DNA from: an uncultured Planctomycetota bacterium
GTDB lineage: Bacteria; Planctomycetota; Planctomycetia; Isosphaerales; Isosphaeraceae
DNA length: 64,000 bases
Direction of reading: 5' to 3'
Assembly: GCA_963845755.1 (NCBI GenBank)
Contig: CAWJTV010000013.1
Span: 96,001-160,000 of the forward strand
Positions 55,201 to 64,000 of the stretch are shown here, in pieces. Position numbers and translations under genes: made by a program. The first letter of the stretch is position 1. Each line of letters starts with the position of its first letter. The notes below the pieces were generated by a model. That model saw only the letters and a program-made list of their open reading frames with translations. It had not been told where the DNA came from and did no database searches.

Positions 55201-58200
55201 ACGGCGACGGTACGACCATCATGGCCGGGAACTACCCGTTCCGGATCACCTACCAGGCCAACGCGGTGGTGTTGACGGCCCTGCTGCGCATCGACACCTG
55301 GACCGGCGCGGGGACCGACGACAACTGGTCCACGGTCGGAAACTGGCAAGACAACGTCGCCCCCAATCTCTACGACACCCTGGTCTTCCCCGCCAGCCCG
55401 ACCGAGTCGTCATCGAACAACAACTTGGCCGCCAGCACCGAATTCACCTCGATCAGCATCGACGACAGCAGCTACGCGTTCACCGGCAATGCGATTTTGC
55501 TGGATGAGGGGCTCACAGCGAATAATGCATCGGGCACGGCGGCGTTCTCCATGAACATCGCGCTCAACGCCGATCAGACGTTCACAGTCGCCAGCGGTGG
55601 GATGCTGGACATCTCCGGCGTCATCTCCGGCGCGTACGCACTGACCAAGGCCGGCGCGGGGACGCTTGAGCTCGATGGCACCAACACCGACTCCGGGAAT
55701 ACGACAATCAGCGATGGCGAGATCGCGATCACCAACCCCGCGGCCCTCGGTAGCGGGCAGGTGAGTATCGAGAATAGCAGCCTGATCGTTCTCAACCTCG
55801 GCGGCAGCAACACGATTCCCAATGGCCTGGTCCTCGACTCGACCAATAGCCCGTCGATGGAGAACCTGGGCGGCAACAATACGTTCAACGGCCCGATCAC
55901 CGTCGGCGCCAGCACCGACGATGGGAACCTCTTGGTCGCCGACATCGACACTGCCAGCAGCACCACGCTGACCTTCGCGAGCGGCATCACCGAGTATTCC
56001 TCGGGTTATGGTCTCGTCAAGAGTGGGGCGGGGACCCTGATCCTGGGCAACAGCAATAGCTACAATGGGGGCACAACAGTCACTGCCGGCACACTCGAGC
56101 TGGACAATCCTGATCTCCCATCGGCGCCCACGATCTCCGGACCACTGATGATCGACGCCGGCACCAGCGGCAGCGCCACGGTTCAGGATGAAGCGAGCGA
56201 TCAGCTCCTGGGCGGCGGCGTGGATATCACGCTGATCGGTCCGGGAGCCACGTTCGACCTCAACGGCTTCAGTGATACAATCAACTCGCTGATCCTCACC
56301 GGCGGTTCGGTGACGACCGGGGCCGGCGTGCTCGTCCTTGGCGGCGACGTGACGACCAATGCCGCGGCGACCACAGCGGCAATCAGCGGCAACCTGGATC
56401 TCGGCAGCGGCACGCGGACCTTCACCGTCGCGCAGGGCATCGACCCCAGCGGGATCGACCTGTCGATCTCGGCAGTGATCATCGACGGCGGGCTCACCAA
56501 GGCCGGCGCAGGGGACGATGGGCCTCTCGGCCGCCAACGCCTACGCCGGTGGGACGACGATCAACGCCGGCACGCTCGGCGTCGAGAACAACGGCGGTGC
56601 CCTGGGCACCGGCCCTGTCAGCATCAACAATTCCGCCGAGATGATGGTGTTCGTCGGGCCCGATTTCTCGAGCGCGAGCCTCACCAACGAGATCACCTTC
56701 AATACGACCAACCCGACCGCGATGAAGATCATCGGCGGGTCCGTCTCGATCAGCGGGGCGCTCATGCTCACGAGGTCCGCGACCTTCGACGTGAAAGCTG
56801 GCTCCGAGGCGAATGTCACCGGTGCAATTGGCGACGGCAGCCCGAGCCAAGGCGTTGGGCTTACGAAGAGAGATTCGGGCACGCTCGACCTCTCCGGCAC
56901 CAGCACTTACACCGGGGCGACCGTCGTGTCGGGCGGTACCCTCGAGGTCAACGGCAGTATCAGCGGCAGTGCAGTCAACGTCGATGCCGGCGCGATCCTC
57001 GGCGGCTATGGCACGGTCGGCGACGTAGTCTCGACCGGCGGCACCGTCGCGCCGGCCGACGCCCCGAATGTTCTCGACACGGGCTCGTTCTCGCTCGACG
57101 ACACTTCCACGTTCGCGGTCCAGCTCGACGGCACCACACCGGGCGGCGCCGGCGGCTACGACCAGGTCGTCGCCGTCGGCGCGGTCAGCCTGGACGGCGC
57201 CACGCTCGACGCGGTGATTGGCGGTTCCTATACGCCGGCGCCCGGCGATCAGCTCACGATCATCAAGATGGATAGCGACTCGGCCGTCGTCGGCACATTC
57301 AAAGGACCGCCCGAGGACGACCTCTTCACCATCGACGGTTACCTCTTCGAGATCACGTACCTGGGCGGGCTGAGCGGCCACGATGTCGTCCTGACCGCCC
57401 TGGAGGCGACGACGACCCAGGTTTCGACGTCGCCCCAGCCCTCGACCTACGGCCAGGCAGTCACCTTCACGGCATCGGTCTCGGCCGCATCCGGCACCCC
57501 GTCGGGCTCGGTCAACTTCTACGATGGCGATCCATCCGGCGGCGGCACCTTGCTCGGCACCGGTCCGGTAGACCTCAAGGGCCACGCGACGTTCTCGACC
57601 TCGGCCCTTCACGTCAGCGGCTCGCCGCACCAGATCTACGCCAAATATGATCCCTCGGCGTCGTCCGGATTCCTGGCCAGCACGTCAACCGCCTTCGGCC
57701 AGACGGTCGATCCCGCGGCGGTGACGGTCACTGCAAACAATGTGAACAAGGCCTACGGCGATCCGCTGCCGAGCTTCACGTTACGCTACACCGGGCTTCA
57801 GAATGGGGATTCGGCCGCCGATTTCGCCACGCAACCCACGGCCGTCACGACTGCTACCGCGGCCAGTCACGTCAATCTCGACGGCTACGCCATCACTCCC
57901 TCAGGTGCCGTCGACCCCGACTACCGCTTCAGTTATCTCAGCGGCACGCTCACCGTCACCCCCGTCAGCCTGACCGTCACCGCCGACAATGTGAGCAAGG
58001 AGTACGGTGCGCCGATCCCCACCCTGACGGCCAGCTTCAGCGGGTTCGTCAACGGCGACTCGGCCGCCAGCCTCACCGCGCAACCGGTCCTCAGCACGAC
58101 GGCCACCCAGTCCAGCCCGATCATCGCGGGGGGCTACCTCATCATCCCCTCCGGCGCCATCGACCCCGACTACAGCTTCCGATACACGAGCGGCACGCTG

Positions 58201-59913
58201 ACGATCACCCAGGCGCCTCTGACCGTGACTGCCAACGACCTGTCGATGACCTATGGTTCGACAGTCCCGGAGTTGACCGATCGGATCACCGGGTTCGTCA
58301 ACGGCGATACGGCGAGCGTCGTCTCGGGGACGCCCTCGCTTGAGACGACGGCCACCCAGTCCAGCTCGGTGGGAGCGTACGCCATCACGGTGGATGTCTC
58401 GAGCCTCTCGGCCACCAACTACACCTTCAGCGGTCAATCTGGCAGTTTGGCGATCGACCCGGCCGCGCTCGACGTGACGGCGAATGATCAATCGATGACC
58501 TACGGCGGGACCGTGCCGTCCTTGACCTTCGTTATCAGCGGACTGGTCAACGGCGATACACAGAGCTCGGTCCTCTCCGGCGGTTTGACGACAACGGGCA
58601 CATCGAGTTCCGACATCGGTGGCTACGCCATCACCCAGCGAAACCTGGCCTCCAACAGCAACTACGCCCTGACGTTCACGCCCGGAACCTTCACCATCAA
58701 CCCCGCCGAACTCGACGTGGCGGCCAATAACCGATCGATGACCTACGGGGGGACCATGCCGGCTTTGACCTTCGGCGTCAGCGGGCTGGTCAACGGCGAC
58801 ACCCAGGGCTCAGTCCTCTCCGGCGCCCTGACGACCACCGCCTCAACGACCTCCAACGCCGGCAAGTACGGCATCGCCCAGGGATCGCTGGCCGCCGACG
58901 CAAATTACACGGTCAGCTTCACACCAGGCACGCTCACGATCACCCCGGCACCGCTGAGGATCACTGCGAACAATGCGAGCACGGTCTTCGGCGCACCCCT
59001 GCCGGCCTTGACGGCCGGTTTCAGCGGATTCGTCAACGGCGACACGGCCGTCAAACTGACGACCCAGCCAACCTCGAGCACCTCGGCAACATCGACTAGC
59101 CCGGTGGGCTCCTATCCCATTCAAGTCTCGGGGGCCACCTCGGCCAACTACACGATCACGTTCCAGCCCGGCACGCTGACGGTCGCTCGGGCGAGCACGT
59201 CATCCACCTTGCTCACATCGAGCGGCTCGACGGTCTTCGGCCAGATGGTGTCCTTCACCGTTCATGTCGGGTCGATCAGTCCCAGCACGGCCGTGCCCTC
59301 GGGGAGCGTGACCTTCTTTGTCGATGGAGCCGCGATCGGTTCGGCCATCGACTCCGACGGCCAGGCGACATTCAGCACCGCCTCGCTGGGTGTGGGCGCG
59401 CACGCCGTCACGGCGGCTTACTCGGGCAGCAGCAGCTTTGTGTCCAGCGGATCCGGCGCGGTCCCGCAGGTGATAGTCCAGGCCGGCACGCAGTCGGTCC
59501 TGACGGCGACGGCCGTCCGGAACCGCCACGGCCAGATCATCGATGTGAACTTGACCTCGCAAGTCCTCATGATGTCGGCGGGCGGTGGAACGCCCACGGG
59601 CACGGTCACCGATTTCGTCGGCAGACGGCAGTTGGCGACCGGGTCTCTCAGTAACGGGATCGCCGTCCTGACGCTCAAGCCGAAACAGGCATTGAGCAAG
59701 ACGTTCTTCGTCGCATACAGTGGCGACGCGGACTTCCTCTCGAGCACCTCGCCCAAGCTGGTCGTCAACAACCGGGCCTTCAGGGCATCGGCCCGGCCGT
59801 TTACCGCCTTCTCCAAGCAAGGCCACGGACGGGCCCACGCGACGATGCCATCGCGGAACGTGCAGTCAGGGATCGCCGTGTTCAAGGCTCCGAATCACAA
59901 GCACGGCCGTTGA
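52216..59913 (+). CDS. Giant surface adhesin with autotransporter-associated beta-strand repeats, MBG domains and Ig-like domains (about 2,550 aa, several frameshifts)
   Basis: N-terminal RRR...PSLEFLES(R)ITP; many LTK.G.GTL.L.G.NTY.G.T.I..G.L repeats; LTVTAN...YG...P...SGFVNGD (MBG) repeats; PSTYGQAVTFTASV (Big_3-like). Confidence 0.85.
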
Positions 59914-60052
59914 AGGCTCGAATCGTGTTCAGTCGCCAGTAAGAGACGCGCAGGGCGCGAGGCTCCCAACCCTGCCCAGCCCCCGGTACGACGGACTCCA
60001 GATTCGTCACACTACATGCTCGCCCGATTATCGGCGATTCGGGGATCGCCTC

Positions 60053-60952
60053 TCAGTCCCCCCGCTTGCCTTTTCGCGGCGCGAGCGCCCGGTGGAAGAC
60101 GTCGAGATCCGGGCAGTTGCTGGCGAGCTCGAGGAGATCCTTGAACCGGTCGTCGCGCAGTCTCTTCAATTCGGCCTGCACGCCCGCGGCCTTGACCCCG
60201 AACCGAGCCACAAGGACGGCCAGAAGTGCCGCCTCAGTTGCCTCCCGCTTGCCTTCGCGCTTGCCCTTCTGAATCGCCTCGTCGATCACTTCCCGAAGCA
60301 ACGGCGATTTCACCTTGATCATGGCTTTGGTCCCTCCCAGCAACTGGAACACGCTCGGGTCATTATACCTCAGTCCGGCGAGGAAGTGAGTGGCCACCCG
60401 CAAGCTCTCGCGTTCCTCCTCGGGTGCGTCCCGCTCGATTCGTTCACGGCATTCTCGGAAAATGGGCTCGGCGGGACCTTCGAACTGGGCCAGCGGTATC
60501 CAGGGGATCAACCCGATGTCCCCGGTCGCCAGCAGGTCCGCGGCCGGGACCTTCCACAACTCGACCACCTTCCAGTAGACGTGGATGCTCGAGAAGCCCT
60601 CCTCGCTGGAGATGATCAGCTTCCGAGGAGTCGGCCGCTTGCCTCGGGGATGAAGGACCAGTGCCACGACCTCGGGCACCACGCGGCGTTCGAGATAGAC
60701 CAGGAGGGCATCATCACCGGCCTGCTTGGCCAGCCGCTGGTAGGGATAGCTGGAGACCTCCAGCACGAAGTGAACAAGCCGGGACCGGCCGGGGCGCTGG
60801 ACCTCGATCAGGCCGTCGGGGAGGCGCCGAGGATGCACCGGCTCGGCCTGGAGCGGCTTCCAGGATTCGATGTTGTGGAAGCCGGCGAGGCGGAGGATCG
60901 CGTCGGCGTGGTGCTGGATCATCCACTTGCAACTGGTGTCATAATCGAGCAT
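60053..60952 (-). CDS. Rpn/YhgA-like (PD-(D/E)xK) conserved hypothetical protein
   Basis: DYDTSCKWMI, RRLPDGLIEV, FVLEVSSYP, GKREGKRE and LVARFG tail. Confidence 0.65.
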   Translation of the reverse strand: MLDYDTSCKWMIQHHADAILRLAGFHNIESWKPLQAEPVHPRRLPDGLIEVQRPGRSRLVHFVLEVSSYPYQRLAKQAGDDALLVYLERRVVPEVVALVLHPRGKRPTPRKLIISSEEGFSSIHVYWKVVELWKVPAADLLATGDIGLIPWIPLAQFEGPAEPIFRECRERIERDAPEEERESLRVATHFLAGLRYNDPSVFQLLGGTKAMIKVKSPLLREVIDEAIQKGKREGKREATEAALLAVLVARFGVKAAGVQAELKRLRDDRFKDLLELASNCPDLDVFHRALAPRKGKRGD

Positions 60953-61216
60953 CTCGGGCCCCTCGGCGACGATGAGCCTCTCCCGGCCTCCACAGTCGGC
61001 CAGAGTCATCCGAACTCTTATCGGCGACACGGACGACCCGTCCGCAAGGAGAACCCCCTCGACCGACGAGAGATCACGATCCTCGTTCGCGATCGACAAA
61101 TGTTAAGGATAGATCGAGGGAATGACGTCCGGGAGGTTCCACGACGGGATGGCCGGGTCATGCCGTCAGTGCCGGCGCGGCACTCCGTTCCGGTCACATC
61201 GCATTGCGGCAAAGGT

Positions 61217-61993
61217 TCAGGAGATGGGGTTGGCCGCGGGCGAATCCAGGCTCGGGTTCAGGCGCGGCGGCTCCGGCATCACAGCGGGCCGATGACGGAG
61301 GATCTCCCCCTGCTCGAGGTAGATGACCGACTCGGCGATCTTGGCGGCGTGGTCGGCGATCCGCTCGAGGTTCCGCGCGGTGTTCACCAGCCGCAGCAGG
61401 GTGTTGATCCGCTCGGGGTTGCCGGCGAGCTGCTGCTTGAGCTGCTTCTGGATGGCCCGGTAGTCGCGATCGATCCGCTGATCGGCGGCGATGACGGCCT
61501 GGGCCAGGGAGACATCGGCCTGGGTGAGCGCGTCGAGGCTGTTGCGGACCTGGCCCAGGGCCTCGATCCCGAGGTTCTCCAGCGGCTGGGGGATGGGCAC
61601 CGCCTGGGGATCTCCGGACAGCTTCTTGACCCGCTTGGCGATATGCCGGGCCAGGCCGCAGAGTCGATGCAGTTCGCCGTTGATCTTGAGCACGACGGCG
61701 ACCCGCCGCAGGTCGGAGGCCACCGGCTGATGCAGCGCCAGCACCCGGACGCACTCCCGCTCGATCTCGACCTCCCAGCGGTCGACCACACGCTTCTGAC
61801 GCTTCACCGCGCCGGCCAGCTCGACCCGGACGTCGCACAAGGCATGGATACTCTGGCTCAGCGCGTCCTCGACGACCGCCGCCAGCTTCAAGATCTCGGC
61901 CCAGAGGCCCTCCATGTCTCGAAGAAAACCGCGGCCCACCGTGACCCGACCATGGTCGCCATCCGGATCGGACGGCTGCGGTTCTTGCAGCAT
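61217..61993 (-). CDS. phoU: Phosphate signalling complex protein PhoU
   Basis: LALHQPVASDLR, ADQRIDR and NLERIADHA..IAE.V.Y...G. Confidence 0.92.
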   Translation of the reverse strand: MLQEPQPSDPDGDHGRVTVGRGFLRDMEGLWAEILKLAAVVEDALSQSIHALCDVRVELAGAVKRQKRVVDRWEVEIERECVRVLALHQPVASDLRRVAVVLKINGELHRLCGLARHIAKRVKKLSGDPQAVPIPQPLENLGIEALGQVRNSLDALTQADVSLAQAVIAADQRIDRDYRAIQKQLKQQLAGNPERINTLLRLVNTARNLERIADHAAKIAESVIYLEQGEILRHRPAVMPEPPRLNPSLDSPAANPIS

Positions 61994-62463
61994 CAGGTGA
62001 TTCCCCGTCCCGTTGTCTGAACTGGCTTGACCCCACCTCGTTCGATCGCGGACCTCCGGATTCCTCGTCGCTCAACAAGACCTCGGCGGTCCGGCTCATC
62101 GCGCCGCCGATCGTCGTCTTGCCGAAACCGGCCCGGTCAGAGCCTTGCCCGACCGGGAGGAATCGATCGATTCCCGCACCGAATGCCCCTCTATCCTTCA
62201 GCTTAGGAGATCGAGCCTCTCGGAACAACGTCAAAACCGGCAAATACACGAGAAATTCACAGTGGCATGATCGATGAGGGCGAAAACATCCGCTATTCTG
62301 TCGGCAAGACAGTCGGTCACGCGTTCCCGCCCCATGGGGTCTTTCTCCGGGTCGAACCTCGAACGAATGCCCATCGAACGGCCATGATCCGCTGGAGCAA
62401 TTCGGGGGCGTGTTGGATAATACGGCTCCATGGCAACCCGAACCCCAACCGCGAGGCCGCAAC

Positions 62464-63933
62464 ATGCGCACGATCATTCTGGCAGGATTCTGCTCCGGAT
62501 TGATGCTGACCTCGGCTCCGAGGGCCGAAGGGGCCGGGCGGCCCAACATCGTGCTGATCATCGCCGACGATATGGCGCGGGAGGATTGCGGCGCGTACGG
62601 GCACCCGGCGGTCCGGACGCCGAACATCGACAGGCTGGCGCGGGAGGGAATGCGATTCGAGCGGGCATTCGTGACGGCCAGCTCGTGCAGTCCCAGCCGA
62701 TCGAGCCTCATCACGGGTCGGTATCCGCACAACACCGGCGCCCTGGAGCTGCATCAGCCGTTGCCGCCGGAGCAAGTCACCTTCGTCGAGAAGCTGAAGT
62801 CCGCCGGCTACTGGACAGGCGCGGCGGGGAAGTGGCACCTGGGCAACGCCGTCAAGGATCGGTTCGACGTCGTCCGCGAGGCCGGCACGGCCGGCTTCCA
62901 GCTCCCGACCGGACCGAACCCGAACCCCAATCCGCAAATGACTGCCGAAGGTGCCGGGGCGATCCAGAGCGGGTGCGCCCAGTGGGTGCCCGTGCTCCGC
63001 GAACGGCCCGGCGACAAACCCTTCTTCCTCTGGCTGGCCGCCTTCGACCCGCACCGGGACTACCAGGAGGGGACCATCCCCCGCCCGCACCGGCCCGAGG
63101 ACGCCGTCGTTCCGCCTTATCTTCCGGACGTGCCCGAAGTCCGCAAGGACCTGGCTTTGTACTACGACGAGATCGCCCGGCTCGATTCTTACGTCGGCGC
63201 GGTCCTGGCCGAGCTGGATCGTCAGGGCGAGGCCGGCAATACACTGGTCCTGTTCCTCAGCGACAACGGCCGCCCGTTCCCGCGCTGCAAGACGACGCTG
63301 TATGACAGCGGCATCCGCATGCCCTGGATCGTCCGATGGCCGGGGCAGGTCCCGCCGGGCCGTCGCTGCACCAGCCTGGTCAGCACCGTCGACATCGCTC
63401 CGACCATGCTGAAGCTGGCCGGCATCGAGCCGGGACCCAACTTCCAGGGCAAGGACTTCTCGCCGTTATTCAAAGACCCGAAGGCGAGAATTCATGAGAC
63501 GATCTTCGCCGAACGGAACTGGCACGACTACGCCGCGCGCGGCCGGTCGGTCCGCTCCGAACAGTTCCAGTACATCCGGAACGACGACCATGAGATGCCG
63601 CTGACACCGCCCGCCGACGCGGTGCGCAGCCCGACCTTCCAGGCGATGCGCCGGCTCCGCGACGAAGGAAAGCTGATGCCGGCCCAGCGCGCCTGCTTCC
63701 TGCATCCCCGGCCCACCGAAGAGCTCTACGACGTCGATACCGACCCGCATGAGCTGCACAACCTCGCCGGAGATCCAAAATTCGCCAAGGTCCTCGACGA
63801 GATGCGACGAGCGATCGTGGAGTGGGAGCGAGAGACGAACGATGTCGCGACCGGCAAGCTCAGCCCCGATGAGTTCGACCGCGAGACCGGCGAGCCGTTG
63901 CCCAACCGGGTGCGTCCGCGATCGGTGAAGTAG
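62464..63933 (+). CDS. Cys-type formylglycine-dependent sulfatase (sulfamidase-like), exported
   Basis: RPNIVLIIADD, SCSPSRSSLITG, GKWHLG, DPHR, SDNG and EELYD..DP.EL.NLA. Confidence 0.95.
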   Translation: MRTIILAGFCSGLMLTSAPRAEGAGRPNIVLIIADDMAREDCGAYGHPAVRTPNIDRLAREGMRFERAFVTASSCSPSRSSLITGRYPHNTGALELHQPLPPEQVTFVEKLKSAGYWTGAAGKWHLGNAVKDRFDVVREAGTAGFQLPTGPNPNPNPQMTAEGAGAIQSGCAQWVPVLRERPGDKPFFLWLAAFDPHRDYQEGTIPRPHRPEDAVVPPYLPDVPEVRKDLALYYDEIARLDSYVGAVLAELDRQGEAGNTLVLFLSDNGRPFPRCKTTLYDSGIRMPWIVRWPGQVPPGRRCTSLVSTVDIAPTMLKLAGIEPGPNFQGKDFSPLFKDPKARIHETIFAERNWHDYAARGRSVRSEQFQYIRNDDHEMPLTPPADAVRSPTFQAMRRLRDEGKLMPAQRACFLHPRPTEELYDVDTDPHELHNLAGDPKFAKVLDEMRRAIVEWERETNDVATGKLSPDEFDRETGEPLPNRVRPRSVK

Positions 63934-64000
63934 TCGGAGGCGGGTGCGTCTGGCGGATCAGCCGGATTGGCGGACTTCGCGCGAGACCTGGCAAGCCGGG

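Noticed and set aside
59720..62020. 766-aa plus-strand ORF
   Set aside because: Antisense shadow of the Rpn-like gene and phoU.

Overview
High-GC bacterial DNA, most likely a Planctomycete of Isosphaeraceae type. This is inferred from the LE[S]RxT extracellular N-terminal motif, the TPR Ser/Thr kinase with a DL.FP.EPFA tail, and the sulfatase and ECF sigma factors. Single-base indels break even housekeeping genes (hisC, hisD), so most frameshifts are probably long-read errors. The right part (about 40-64 kb) looks like core genome: LPG-synthase-like flippase, hisD-GNAT-hisC-hisB, an ECF sigma/anti-sigma/HtrA-like cluster, a roughly 2,500-aa beta-repeat adhesin, PhoU and a sulfatase. The left and centre (about 1-40 kb) form an accessory hotspot. 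It holds an IS4 inside a kinase gene, an IS5, a broken IS66, two inverted MITE copies, GTAG-REP doublets and several toxin-antitoxin loci. It also holds a lower-GC, roughly 12-kb three-gene defence module resembling MADS mad6-7-8 (DptFGH-related), with no methylase in view and a disrupted ATPase. Two signals stand out. (1) A secreted thioredoxin-fold protein at 10573-11806(-) with an in-frame TGA in a G-C-T-U motif followed by a SECIS-like hairpin: a candidate unannotated selenoprotein. (2) A 369-bp in-frame, protein-coding insertion in a membrane flippase gene, bounded by a 7-bp direct repeat and imperfect terminal inverted repeats. No tRNA, rRNA or CRISPR array was recognised. All assignments come from reading motifs by eye; no searches were run.
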